NCBI GenBank assembly: GCA_034716415.1
Contig: JAYEJB010000005.1
Location: forward strand, 1 to 51,686
Direction of reading: 5' to 3'
Length of the DNA: 51,686 nucleotides
Origin: Patescibacteria group bacterium
GTDB taxonomy: Bacteria; Patescibacteriota; Patescibacteriia; SG8-24
Part shown: one piece after another, positions 27,848 through 37,941 of the stretch
How the letters are laid out: every line of letters begins with the position of its first letter
Position numbering within the stretch: position 1 is the stretch's first letter
Notes under the pieces: generated by a model
Database searches by the model: none
Seen by the model: the letters and a program-made list of their open reading frames with translations, nothing else
Told to the model about the DNA's origin: nothing
Program-made: the position numbers and the translations under genes

Positions 27848-30022
27848 CTACTCGATCGCGGGTACGAACAGATCGATTTCGCTTCCTTCGACCTGCACGT
27901 ATCGGACACCGATAGTCTCGCAGACCTCTCTGTCCTCCCGACAGAACGCCCGAGTCCAGACAGCCTCTGCCAGCTTCGCCTGCAGGATCGTGCCGACCGC
28001 GCTGATTCCACCCTTGCCGGTCAACGGCACGTCTTCCGACCGCTCGACTCGCCCCCGCTCATAATCGATCTTACAGAGATGGGTCGCGTCTTTGAGTCTC
28101 TCGCAGACGACGAGGTCGCCGGAGCCGGGCATATCAATATCCGACAGCGGGATCACGATCCTCATCTGTCCGGAATCCGGCGGATCGAACCTGATGTTGA
28201 TCTTCTCGACACCGAGGCTCTCTTTATCGAGCAATTCCGCGATCTGCTCCTCAAGCACCTTTTTCAGGCACTCTTGAGCCCTGACACGCGCGCCGGAGAA
28301 GAACTTCAGGATGACGTAGGCGTTCGCTCCGACCTTGAAAGTCTTGAGCTCGGCCACCTGATCCACCCCTCTGAATGACATGACTTTCTTCTCGATCTTG
28401 TCCTCCAGCTCATCACCGATCGAACTTCCGATCAACGAGAAAGCGCTGTCGAGAAACAGATCGTGGAAGCCGGTCCAACCAAGCTTCAACGCCACCAGGA
28501 ACGCGGCGATGTATTCGACGCGCGGTTCACTGGAGAGTGTCACCAGGATAACACCGGCCAGGATGCCGATCTCGATCCAGGCATCAGACCTGGTCTCGTG
28601 ACCACTTGCCACGACCACCGGTCGCTTATGCTTCCTACCGACAGCGATCTGATGGCGGCTCACGAAGAACGAGGCCGCGACGAAAACGCACAGCATGCCG
28701 CACAGCAGCCAGAAATGCTCGTCGGTGGTCGGCATGGTATCCAACCGGAAGTACTCGCTGACCCACGGAATAGCGGTCGCCGCGAGTGAGCCGGACAGGG
28801 CGAAAAAGATGAACATGACCACAAATGCGATCGTGTTCATCCTCTTCCAGAGCGCGAAGATCATTGCCAGGATGAACACCGAAAAGACGGTCAGGGCGAT
28901 TGCGTAATCTTGGGTGACAGACAGATTTTCAGGCAACCAGGCCACCAGGCCGATGACTGCTCCCATCAGGAACTTGATGCCGGTCCAAGTAAGCGCCAGC
29001 CCGATCGCCGCGGTGGCGACTTCCTCGAGCTTCTTCAGGCCCCAGGGGAAGCGCCGACCGATGGCGACGACACTCAAGAAGATGACCATCAGGATGCCAC
29101 CCTCTTCCATCATGTCGCCGATGTTATGGTAGCCATTCCCCGTGATGACCGGTGAATCCATTTCGCCGCCAAAACGAATCTGCAGGTACGACTTCACGCC
29201 GTACATCAGCAGGACGAGAATCGTCGTTCCGATCGGCGAGAACACGAAGTTCATGATCATCGAGCGCCTGCTTTGTGGTTCCTCTTCCCGCTTGAAGCTG
29301 GTGTTGGCGTCATTGCAGGCCCAGTCGGGTCGTTTGGCATCATCATCCGAGGCGGCGCAGGCCTCCGAACAGATCTCGACGGGATCACCCTCGATCTCCT
29401 GCTTCCCCACGATGAGGATCGGAGTCGTCGAGAGCTTGACCGTGTTGATCACGTTCGTGCCCTTGCGGATACCGGGGCTTTCACAGACCGCGGTCAGCGA
29501 ACAACCGAAGCGGTGGGAATTCTCGACGATTCCGTTGCGGATCGTCGGGACCCTTTCGAGCACGAACTCACACTCTACATCGGCACCGTCCGCCAGCGCC
29601 TTGAGACATCTCGCGACAGCTTTCGCTTCATCGCTCATGTGATCCCAGGTGTGGGACGAACGGATGCCATCCTTCGACCAGGACGTGTGATAGAAGACGA
29701 TATTGAGACCGAGCTTCTCGCAGATCGGCAGGACCGAACGCGCCGCGTGGATACCGGACTCCCCGCTCCCGAAAGGGACGAGCATGGATCCGAAACTGCG
29801 ACCGAAAAGAGTTGCCTCTTTCCGGGGTATAAGGATCGTGACATCGTCCCGAATCCGCTTGCGGAACACCAGGATGCCACCCCTCTCCATCGGAACACTT
29901 TTCAGGTCCTTGGGACGGACCTTCTCGAGCGGCCAACCCAGCTTCTCCGCCAGGTCTCGCGCGAATTCACGCATCCCTTTTCCATGAGACGTCTCTGACG
30001 CCGTCACATAGACCTTAGCCAT
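27848..30022 (-). CDS. Fusion: USP-like domain + cation diffusion facilitator + NifB/NifX-like C-terminal domain
   Basis: MLVPFGSGES..HA...TPILIV (USP); GYHNIGD, FPWG..KLE, ETRSD (CDF); dimerisation domain; RIVIP...IGVRY tail; SD-led ATG at 30022. Confidence 0.75.
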   Translation of the reverse strand: MAKVYVTASETSHGKGMREFARDLAEKLGWPLEKVRPKDLKSVPMERGGILVFRKRIRDDVTILIPRKEATLFGRSFGSMLVPFGSGESGIHAARSVLPICEKLGLNIVFYHTSWSKDGIRSSHTWDHMSDEAKAVARCLKALADGADVECEFVLERVPTIRNGIVENSHRFGCSLTAVCESPGIRKGTNVINTVKLSTTPILIVGKQEIEGDPVEICSEACAASDDDAKRPDWACNDANTSFKREEEPQSRRSMIMNFVFSPIGTTILVLLMYGVKSYLQIRFGGEMDSPVITGNGYHNIGDMMEEGGILMVIFLSVVAIGRRFPWGLKKLEEVATAAIGLALTWTGIKFLMGAVIGLVAWLPENLSVTQDYAIALTVFSVFILAMIFALWKRMNTIAFVVMFIFFALSGSLAATAIPWVSEYFRLDTMPTTDEHFWLLCGMLCVFVAASFFVSRHQIAVGRKHKRPVVVASGHETRSDAWIEIGILAGVILVTLSSEPRVEYIAAFLVALKLGWTGFHDLFLDSAFSLIGSSIGDELEDKIEKKVMSFRGVDQVAELKTFKVGANAYVILKFFSGARVRAQECLKKVLEEQIAELLDKESLGVEKINIRFDPPDSGQMRIVIPLSDIDMPGSGDLVVCERLKDATHLCKIDYERGRVERSEDVPLTGKGGISAVGTILQAKLAEAVWTRAFCREDREVCETIGVRYVQVEGSEIDLFVPAIE

Positions 30023-30228
30023 CCTTCTCCTCCTGAACAGCTGATTGTTTTCACCGTTGTTTACCTTTCCGAATTGGAAAGAACGAGGGCTGAATATAGC
30101 GAAAAAATAGGATATTGTCAAGATTGGAATATCAGCCGGAAAGAAAATATTTTTATCTACAGAACACCATCAAAATTACCCGGGAATATTCCCGGGCAAA
30201 TAGTCAGGTATTGATGTGGATGAAAACG

Positions 30229-30771
30229 CTATCTTTCCTCCTCAACTAACTCCTTCCAGTTGGCTTTATAGTGCTCGAAACGTCTCTTGAATTCCTCTTT
30301 CGGTGTCGGCTCGATATCCAACCGCGACATCAGTGTCTTCAACCCGGCGACACAACCCTCCTTCTCCACCTCCGGCACGACCGACTCCAGCTCGATGATA
30401 TCTCCATATCCTTTCGTGCTGTCAAGCGTTACCTTCACGCCACGCCATTCATATCGTCGCCGGTGCCGGAACCACTTGATCTCCGTGCCGTAATCCAATT
30501 CCGCGAACAGGTCGGCTAGCTTCGAAAAATCATCAAACCCGCTCCTGATCTCGATCTCCTCGCGCGAGTCGTCGTGCAGTTTTCCCTTCTTCAACCAGAC
30601 TTTCGAACCGCTGTCCGACCGTTGGATGCGCAAATCCTGCTCGCAATCGAAATAATGCGTCTCCTGATGCTCCTCACCGAGAAACTCCCCCTCTTCGCGG
30701 AACTTCGCGTCCAGCTCGGCAAGCTTGTCCGCGTCGATGAAACTTCGCACTTCGCACTCGACGTCCGCCAT
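30229..30771 (-). CDS. CYTH domain protein (class IV adenylate cyclase-like)
   Basis: ECEVR, Q..HYFD, LRI, REEIE, R..Y, VTLD, IELE. Confidence 0.85.
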   Translation of the reverse strand: MADVECEVRSFIDADKLAELDAKFREEGEFLGEEHQETHYFDCEQDLRIQRSDSGSKVWLKKGKLHDDSREEIEIRSGFDDFSKLADLFAELDYGTEIKWFRHRRRYEWRGVKVTLDSTKGYGDIIELESVVPEVEKEGCVAGLKTLMSRLDIEPTPKEEFKRRFEHYKANWKELVEEER

Positions 30772-30772
30772 A

Positions 30773-31258
30773 CTAAATTTCGGCTACCAACACGACGTAG
30801 TTCTTGCCGTAGTGCTTGGCGCACCTCGGGCAGGTCGTGTAATAGAAGTATAATTTCTTCGTTCCCTTGCCACGCGACTTCACGAAAGCATCCATTTCCT
30901 TCATCCATTTCTTGATATCCTTGAACGGACCTTCGAAGACCTTGGTCAGGAACGTTCCGGAGATCTTCACCATCTCCGCGTCCGGCACGTCTTTGCTGGT
31001 CGCGATGTAGACATCGGCTCCCCACGGCGACTTCTCGTCGGAGAGCATGAGCGGCTCGGGCAACAGCGCATCGGCGTTCTTGATCTTCTCCGCATTCTTG
31101 ACCATGATCTTGCCGAAGTTCAAAGGGATATGCATGAAGCTGACCACATGGTCCTTCAGGAATAGCTTGTCCTGCCAGACGTGTTCCTTTTCGTCCCATG
31201 GTTCGGGATTGAAACGCGGACAACAACCTGTCTCGGCGTCCTCGTAAAGAGTATCCAT
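30773..31258 (-). CDS. Conserved protein (GyrI-like 'hydrolase' family) with CC and CxxC motifs
   Basis: TGCCPRF.P..WD, G.FLTKVFEGP, YYTTCPRCAKHYGKNYVV. Confidence 0.75.
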   Translation of the reverse strand: MDTLYEDAETGCCPRFNPEPWDEKEHVWQDKLFLKDHVVSFMHIPLNFGKIMVKNAEKIKNADALLPEPLMLSDEKSPWGADVYIATSKDVPDAEMVKISGTFLTKVFEGPFKDIKKWMKEMDAFVKSRGKGTKKLYFYYTTCPRCAKHYGKNYVVLVAEI

Positions 31259-31522
31259 ATTATGTGACTGATTGATTACGCCGACATCATAACAAAAAAA
31301 GAAAAAGGCCGCACGGGTGCGATCTTTTTGAATCGATTGTTTCCGGCTAGGGCACAACCGCGTTCTCGGCGGTCAAACCTGGTTTCTCAAACCAGGTTTG
31401 AAAGAGGGGTGGCTGTTAGGGACGAAAAAACGTAAAATGAATAGGCCTCTTGCGGAAAACCGCGCGAGGGAGCATTGTCAGGAAGCTGAATCGGGATTCC
31501 TGTAAAACCCTTATTTTGAGTT

Positions 31523-32653
31523 ATGCGAAAAATAATCATGGTACTTGCGACGTTTGCCCTGTTCTTTATCTGGGCACCTGTCGCCGATGCCGCCGACAAC
31601 CTGGATGTGGTCTTTTTCCACGGACGGGGCTGTGGCCACTGCGCCAAATCTGAGGCTTTGCTGGAACAGATGAAAGACGAACACCCGGAAATCACGGTAC
31701 ATTCTCACGAAGTCTACTTCGATGATGACAGCCGCGGCCTGATGTTCGAGTTCGGTCGCGTCTACGACGTCGACGTGAGCGGCATACCGATGATGTTCAT
31801 CGGAAACACCGTCATCTCGGGCCACAGACCGCAGCAAATCGTCTCGACCATAGAAAGATGCCTGGAGATCGGCTGTCCGTCATCGCTTGAAAAAGTCGAG
31901 GCGGACCACGAAAACAACGGGAACCCTGGCGCCCCCGAAGACACGGAAGCGAGCGAAGCACTCAAGAAGCTGACCATCCCCGTGGTAATCAGCGCGGCCG
32001 CGGTCGACGCCATCAACCCATGCGCCTTTGCCGTCCTGATCCTGCTCATCACCGCGGTGCTCTCCGGCGGCAATCGAAGACGCTCCACCATGGCCGGCCT
32101 CGCCTTCACCGCGTCGATCTTCATCTCCTACTTCCTGATGGGGCTCGGCCTGTACTCGGCGATTGCCGCCTCCGGATTGAGCCGAACATTCTATATAGTG
32201 ATCGCGGTGCTGGCGATCCTGCTCGGACTGTTCAACCTCAAGGACTATCTATGGTACGGAAAATGGTTCGTGATGGAGGTGCCGATGAGCTGGCGGCCGA
32301 CGATGAAGAAGCTGGTCGGCGGGGTGACATCGGTACCCGGCGCGTTCACGGTCGGCTTCCTGGTCAGCCTGTTCCTCCTGCCGTGCACGAGCGGTCCATA
32401 CATCATAATTCTCGGTCTGCTGGCCAAGGCCTCGACGCACGCGATCGCGATTCCGCTCTTACTGCTCTACAACTTCATCTTCGTCTTGCCAATGCTCGTC
32501 ATTACGATCGCCATCGCCAAAGGCATAACGACCACGAAGAAAGCGGAAGAATGGCGGCAGGGCAAACTACGGATACTGCATCTGATCGCTGGAATCGTCA
32601 TCCTCGGACTCGGACTCGTGATGCTCGGTTCGGTATTCCTGGGCCATGTCTGA
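31523..32653 (+). CDS. Thioredoxin/glutaredoxin-like domain + CcdA/DsbD-like transmembrane protein
   Basis: Signal peptide, GCGHC, GIP; DAINPCAF and LPCTSGPY cysteines in TM domain. Confidence 0.88.
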   Translation: MRKIIMVLATFALFFIWAPVADAADNLDVVFFHGRGCGHCAKSEALLEQMKDEHPEITVHSHEVYFDDDSRGLMFEFGRVYDVDVSGIPMMFIGNTVISGHRPQQIVSTIERCLEIGCPSSLEKVEADHENNGNPGAPEDTEASEALKKLTIPVVISAAAVDAINPCAFAVLILLITAVLSGGNRRRSTMAGLAFTASIFISYFLMGLGLYSAIAASGLSRTFYIVIAVLAILLGLFNLKDYLWYGKWFVMEVPMSWRPTMKKLVGGVTSVPGAFTVGFLVSLFLLPCTSGPYIIILGLLAKASTHAIAIPLLLLYNFIFVLPMLVITIAIAKGITTTKKAEEWRQGKLRILHLIAGIVILGLGLVMLGSVFLGHV

Positions 32654-33218
32654 CACTCTGACAGACGGCATGTTGGCGGTCGCGATCCTGGTGCTCGCGA
32701 CCGCAACTTACGCCGTGTGGCACGGAGCTCCCTGGATCCCGAGTCGCCGCGGGGAACGGGACGCGCTTTTCAAGGCGGCCGGAATGAAGGATGGTGATGA
32801 ACTGCACGACTTGGGAAGCGGCGGCGGTGCGGTCATCTTCGACGCCGCGCGGCGGTATCCCGCGAGTCGTGTCGTCGGCGTCGAGGTATTCATTCTCCCC
32901 TACCTGCTATCGCGACTGCGGAAACTTATCAGCGGCAGGAAATACGCGAACGTCCGGATACGCTACGGCGACTTCTACCGTCACGACATCAGCAGTGCGG
33001 ACATTGTCTTCACCTTCCAGATACCGAAAGCGTACGGCCGGCTGGCGAAAAAGTTCGCCGAATGCAAGAACGACTGCACCGTCGTAGTCGAAGCCTGGCC
33101 GTTCAATGAATTGGAGCCGCTCCGCGCCGTGAAGGAAGGCCGGCACCTCACGATGTACGCGTATCGGGGCCGACAATTCAGGCGGGAGGCGGGAAGCAGG
33201 AGGCGGGAAGCCGAATGA
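32646..33218 (+). CDS. Class I SAM-dependent methyltransferase
   Basis: GAPWIPS, DLGSGGG, VVGVE, GDF, ADIVF. Confidence 0.85.
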   Translation: MSDTLTDGMLAVAILVLATATYAVWHGAPWIPSRRGERDALFKAAGMKDGDELHDLGSGGGAVIFDAARRYPASRVVGVEVFILPYLLSRLRKLISGRKYANVRIRYGDFYRHDISSADIVFTFQIPKAYGRLAKKFAECKNDCTVVVEAWPFNELEPLRAVKEGRHLTMYAYRGRQFRREAGSRRREAE

Positions 33219-33316
33219 TGTCATTCCTTTCTTGCGTCCGGCATCCTGCGTCCCGCATCCTGCCCACCCATCATCGCTACTGGTCATGAGTGTTAGTAGA
33301 AGGTACATTTATCAAT

Positions 33317-33649
33317 ATGGCCTACCTATCTATAGTAGTCGCGCAATTCCTGTACACCATGTCCGACACATGGAAGAAAGCGATCCTGAACGCATCCGGT
33401 TTCAGTGCAGCGACGCTGGTGAAACCCGTGTTCCTGCTGGCGATCCTGGTCGCAGGCGTCGGTTTCCTGTTCCAGATGCATGCGCTGTCGAAGATCGACC
33501 TGTCGCGGACGATCGTCTTCATGGGTATGCTGGCGGTGATCTTTTCGTCGGCCGCCGGCGTCATCTTCTTCCGGGAACAGCTCAACACCTGGAACGTCAT
33601 CGGTCTCACCTTCGCGGTCGTGGCGATCATATTGGTGAACATCAAATAG
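33317..33649 (+). CDS. Small DMT/EamA-like (SMR-size) membrane protein
   Basis: 4 TM; AL..IDLS, G..FFREQL....IG. Confidence 0.75.
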   Translation: MAYLSIVVAQFLYTMSDTWKKAILNASGFSAATLVKPVFLLAILVAGVGFLFQMHALSKIDLSRTIVFMGMLAVIFSSAAGVIFFREQLNTWNVIGLTFAVVAIILVNIK

Positions 33650-33818
33650 CGAGGATGGCGGGGACGCGACCTCCGGTCGCCAGCGGGGACCGCCCGGCAT
33701 CCGCCGGACTAGCGGGGATAGATTTCTTTTATATCTATATATCTCTCCCCGCTATCATCGCCACTCCATCTACCCCAAAACGATAAAAAAGCCGACCCCA
33801 TCAGGAGTCGGTCTTTCG

Positions 33819-34787
33819 TTACGCTCGTGCCGCGAGACAACCGTCGATCACTTCCGCCAGCTGTTCCGGCGTCAGACGACTGCCGCGATCGCGCGGCGAA
33901 CCACCGCGGTTCGAACTGCCGCCCCAACGATCGATGGCATCGACGGGAATCCCCTCGATCCTGTTGCAGGCGTCGTAGATGTCACCCAGCGGAAAATCCA
34001 CGAACGGTGACTTCTTGCCCAGCGACCAATGGTACATCCCGCCATACTCCGCCTTCAGGACCGCGTAGGCCCTGATACTTTCTTCGGCCATCTTCAGACG
34101 AGCGAACACTCCGATCTCACGGACGACCGCGTACGTCTTCGGCCTGGGCTGCACCAGATCCTCGAATTTCCGATCGACCTTGACCTTCTTCTGACGGCCG
34201 AACAGATACGCGTGGATGCGCCGATGCACCTTGTCGATGATGCGAAGCATGTCCGCCGGCTTGGCTCGATAGAGCTCTCCCGAAGTGCGCGCTTCGGCGT
34301 ACGGCTCGAAGATCCAGGCCACTTCACCCAACATCTCAGCCTGCTTCTTGTCCGGCACGTACAACCCCGCCGTGGAATCGAGCCGCTCTTCGAGTTCCAC
34401 CAGCAGGCGGAGTTTCGGCCGGTTCACCAACGAAGGTCGGAGCAGGATGAACGTCGCCAGACAGACATCCTGATCACAGTCATTGATGTACACGTGCGCG
34501 TACGGACGTCCGTTTCGGCAGAACTTCAGATAAAGATGTCCGTCACGCACCAACCGAAGCGCCTGGGCGCATGTCGCCAGCACGGCGGTGGAATCATGCT
34601 CCCTCTTGCCGTGATGGTTCAGGTTGATGTGCAACTTATCCTTCGAGAACAACGTCTGCGCTTTGCAGTGCCCGTCGAGAGAAATCGCGGGCCCCGGATA
34701 CTGCACCTTGAACTCCTTCCAGGTCACCTGCTTCCCCGGCTCCGCGATAATGCGGACATCGGTTTCACGTTTTCTTTTTCCGGACAT
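33819..34787 (-). CDS. Hypothetical protein, possibly divergent DHH-like phosphoesterase
   Basis: SLDG, NLNHH, NDCDQD, C-terminal WGG..NRGGSPR; SD-led ATG. Confidence 0.6.
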   Translation of the reverse strand: MSGKRKRETDVRIIAEPGKQVTWKEFKVQYPGPAISLDGHCKAQTLFSKDKLHINLNHHGKREHDSTAVLATCAQALRLVRDGHLYLKFCRNGRPYAHVYINDCDQDVCLATFILLRPSLVNRPKLRLLVELEERLDSTAGLYVPDKKQAEMLGEVAWIFEPYAEARTSGELYRAKPADMLRIIDKVHRRIHAYLFGRQKKVKVDRKFEDLVQPRPKTYAVVREIGVFARLKMAEESIRAYAVLKAEYGGMYHWSLGKKSPFVDFPLGDIYDACNRIEGIPVDAIDRWGGSSNRGGSPRDRGSRLTPEQLAEVIDGCLAARA

Positions 34788-34872
34788 CGTCGCCTCCCTG
34801 CAGCCCAATCGTGATACGACCGGCCTGAAAGAACAATAAAAGTATTGATACCCCGATACGCGCCGTGTGTCA

Positions 34873-34974
34873 ATCCCGTTAGAAGTCTTCGGTATGGGCG
34901 CGCCGACGCAGGGCTAGGCAATACAGTACCAAGCCCTGCCGGGTACTTGCTGTGTCGAAAACTTCTAACGGGAT
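34873..34974. repeat. ~100-bp palindromic element with perfect 14-bp terminal inverted repeats
   Basis: ATCCCGTTAGAAGT ... ACTTCTAACGGGAT; inner stem GCAGGGCT/AGCCCTGC. Confidence 0.8.
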
Positions 34975-35109
34975 GAATCCCCCTCCCTGCCTTGTCGGTA
35001 AGGCTGAAGCGATGTTATACTTGGCGAGACAAGAAGTGCAGGAGTACAGGAGTTTAGAAAAATAACTAGACTCCTATACTCCTTTACTCCTATACTCCTG
35101 AACTTCAAC

Positions 35110-35565
35110 ATGCCCATCAACATCAAGTTGAAAAAACCGAAAGTCGAAGAGGCCGAAGAGGTCCTTTTTCCGGAAGCCGGCGACCTTGATTCGCCGCAAC
35201 TGAACGCCGTGATGGGAGACGGAAGCTGGACTGCCGGAGACGAGGACGGCCAGCTCGCGGTCGATGTCTGCGAGACTGACTTTGAGATCGTCCTGCGTTC
35301 GGCTATCGCCGGCGTGAACCGCGAGAATCTGAGTGTTTTCCTGCACAACGATATGCTGACCGTGCGCGGCGTCCGTAACGCAGAGGATGAACCGGGCGGT
35401 AAGTACCTGGTACGCGAATGCCACTGGGGACAGTTCTCGAGATCGGTCATATTGCCGTCGGATGTGGATCCGGAAGGTATTTCCGCGACGTTGAAGGACG
35501 GCGTGCTGACCGTTCGCCTGCCAAAAGTGGAACGGTCGAAAACGATTCAAGTGAACGAACTTTAA
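35110..35565 (+). CDS. Hsp20/alpha-crystallin small heat shock protein
   Basis: GQLAVDV.ET, IAGV, LT.RG.R, EC.WG.FSRS..LP, A.LKDGVLT..LPK. Confidence 0.93.
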   Translation: MPINIKLKKPKVEEAEEVLFPEAGDLDSPQLNAVMGDGSWTAGDEDGQLAVDVCETDFEIVLRSAIAGVNRENLSVFLHNDMLTVRGVRNAEDEPGGKYLVRECHWGQFSRSVILPSDVDPEGISATLKDGVLTVRLPKVERSKTIQVNEL

Positions 35566-35574
35566 GTCTGACAC

Positions 35575-35868
35575 ATGACGCAAGGAGGAACTGACACGGT
35601 GCGCTTGCCGATCGAACTTACGGTCATCGAAACGGACCGGGACGGCAAGATCGTTGCCACGGAATCCGGACACGTCTTCCGGATACCGGCCGAAGTTACA
35701 ACGGATTGTCCGACAGGTAAGACATTCAGGTTGGATCCGGAAGAGCTCACCACAGAAAACGACGATGAGATGCGCCCGGCGATGGCCAGGGCATTGATCA
35801 ACGAGATAATCGGCGCGCCGGTTGCGACCACCGAAAGAGATGTCGAAAAAATACATAAAATCGGGTGA
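35575..35868 (+). CDS. Hypothetical protein
   Basis: Co-oriented between hsp20 and VanW gene; ARALINEI motif. Confidence 0.6.
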   Translation: MTQGGTDTVRLPIELTVIETDRDGKIVATESGHVFRIPAEVTTDCPTGKTFRLDPEELTTENDDEMRPAMARALINEIIGAPVATTERDVEKIHKIG

Positions 35869-37822
35869 GGGTCCGAAAGTAGGTCCGTCGCGTAAGCCGC
35901 GAAGGACCGGGAATACTTCGACCAGTAGGGGCAAATCACCCGCCGCCGTAAGGTGGGCGGCGTTTTTTCTGTTCCTGGCGGTCGTGCTGGCGGTCACGTT
36001 CTATGACGTCTTAGGTGCACCGGCCGCGGACATGATCGGCAAGGGCGTCTCCATCGGCCCGGTCGACGCGAGCGGTAAGACCATGGACGAAGCCTCCGGG
36101 GATCTGCGCGAGTTCATGAACGGCTTCCGTCTGACTTTCGTGGCCGGCAGTAGGGAAGAGACCATCGGACCGTTCCTGCCTGAGCAGCCTGACATCGTGG
36201 ACTTCCAGCCGGGAAGCGCGGTCGAGGACGCGTACCGTGTCGGTCGGAACGACAGCGGTTTTATGGCTTTCGGCGAAAGGATCGGCGCGGCCGTACTCGG
36301 CGCGAAAGTACACGTCCCCTACACACTGGATGAGGGCGCGCTCGTAAACGCGCTGACCGAACGCTTCGGACCGATGGTCGGACATGCCGAAGACGCCCGT
36401 CTGAAGATATCGGTAAGCGAAGACAATTACGCGGTCACGGTCGTACCGGAAAAAGAAGGCATGTTCTTCGATACTGACGCATTGCTGGATGACGCACGCA
36501 ACCGACTGAAGAGTCTGTCACAGAACGCCGTAAAAATATCGATCGTGAGAGAGGATCCCACACTGCGCGCCGAAGACCTGGAACCGCTCGTCGGTACTGC
36601 CGAAGAGATCATGGCGCGCGCACCGCGAACGGTCTCGGCGAAGGACCTGACCTGGGAGATCAGCCGGAACCAGCTGGCCGACTGGATACTACCGGCAGTC
36701 GACGATTCGAAGTGGTCGCTGGGACTCGATGAAGAGAAGATGCTGAAACATCTGGAGACGCGCGCGTCATCGATCGCCGTCGAACCGCAGGACGCCGTCT
36801 TCGTGGAAGAGGACGGTCAGGTCACGGAATTCGAACCGGGCATCAACGGCGAGAGGCTCGACGTCGCCACGTCCATTGCCATGCTGAAGTCAGTCTTCCT
36901 GGAAGGCAGTGGCGGGGGCGGCGAGATCATCGAGCTGCCGATCATGGTAGCCGAACCGGGAATAACGACGGAGAAATCGAACCCTTACGGGATCAAGGAG
37001 ATCATCGGCTCCGGAGAATCGAACTTCCGCGGCAGTCCGTCGAACAGGAGACACAACATCGCAACCGGCGCGGCGGCGCTACACGGACTATTGATCGAAC
37101 CGGGTGACGAATTCTCGTTGCTGGCGGCGCTGGGCGAGATCGACAGGGAACACGGTTACCTGCAGGAGCTCGTCATCAAGGAGAACGAGACCAAGCCGGA
37201 GTACGGCGGCGGACTCTGCCAGATCGGCACGACGACGTTCCGCACCGCGCTCAATACCGGACTGCCGATTACCATGAGACGCAACCACTCATACCGCGTG
37301 CCGTACTACGAACGCGACGGTGATGGCAACTACATGGGACCGGGCGTGGACGCGACGATCTACGACCCCGCGCCGGACTTCAAGTTCCTCAACGACACCG
37401 ACAACTACATGCTGTTCATGACCGACATCGACGGCAACCGGCTGACGTTCACGTTCTGGGGCGTGAAGGACGGTCGCGCGGTAGAACAGGGTAAAGTCGC
37501 GGTCTGGGATATCACTCCCCCACCCGAGAAAAAAGAGATACGGACGACCGAGATCCCGGCCGGCACCTTCAAATGCACCGAGAGCCCGCACAGCGGCGCC
37601 AAGACAAATTTCACCTACACCGTCACTTACGCGGACGGTGATGTTAAGGAAAAAGATTTCTTGAGTATCTATAGGCCGTGGGGCGAGGTCTGTCTCATCG
37701 GCGTGACCGAAGAGGAACTCGTGGCATGGGAGGCAGAGCAGGCGGCGATTGAAGCCGGGGAGGGCGAAGAAGGAGCAGAAGGAGCGGAAACGGGAGAAGG
37801 GATAAATGGAATTGTCGGATAG
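35840..37822 (+). CDS. VanW family protein with peptidoglycan-binding (PG_binding_4-like) and G5-like regions
   Basis: N-terminal TM; R.HNI..GA, PG.EFS, YGGGLCQ..TT.FR.AL..GLPI..R.NHSY, G.DATIY, DFKF.NDT. Confidence 0.9.
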   Translation: MSKKYIKSGEGPKVGPSRKPRRTGNTSTSRGKSPAAVRWAAFFLFLAVVLAVTFYDVLGAPAADMIGKGVSIGPVDASGKTMDEASGDLREFMNGFRLTFVAGSREETIGPFLPEQPDIVDFQPGSAVEDAYRVGRNDSGFMAFGERIGAAVLGAKVHVPYTLDEGALVNALTERFGPMVGHAEDARLKISVSEDNYAVTVVPEKEGMFFDTDALLDDARNRLKSLSQNAVKISIVREDPTLRAEDLEPLVGTAEEIMARAPRTVSAKDLTWEISRNQLADWILPAVDDSKWSLGLDEEKMLKHLETRASSIAVEPQDAVFVEEDGQVTEFEPGINGERLDVATSIAMLKSVFLEGSGGGGEIIELPIMVAEPGITTEKSNPYGIKEIIGSGESNFRGSPSNRRHNIATGAAALHGLLIEPGDEFSLLAALGEIDREHGYLQELVIKENETKPEYGGGLCQIGTTTFRTALNTGLPITMRRNHSYRVPYYERDGDGNYMGPGVDATIYDPAPDFKFLNDTDNYMLFMTDIDGNRLTFTFWGVKDGRAVEQGKVAVWDITPPPEKKEIRTTEIPAGTFKCTESPHSGAKTNFTYTVTYADGDVKEKDFLSIYRPWGEVCLIGVTEEELVAWEAEQAAIEAGEGEEGAEGAETGEGINGIVG

Positions 37823-37825
37823 AAT

Positions 37826-37853
37826 ACCGACCTTCACCAAGGCTACGGTCGGT
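37826..37853. repeat. REP-like palindrome (CCTTC.CCAAGGCTACGG core)
   Basis: ACCGACCTTCACCAAGGCTACGGTCGGT; relatives at 21446-21473 and 46898-46923. Confidence 0.75.
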
Positions 37854-37941
37854 TCGCATGTCATATACATTCACGGACTGTAACCCGTGATAACATACGG
37901 AGGCAAAAAAGAGCGTGTAATGACACGCTCTTTCTATTTCC

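Noticed and set aside
34980-35109. CIRCE/HrcA operator upstream of hsp20
   Set aside because: No TTAGCACTC-N9-GAGTGCTAA; only the 8-bp periodic inverted repeat is present
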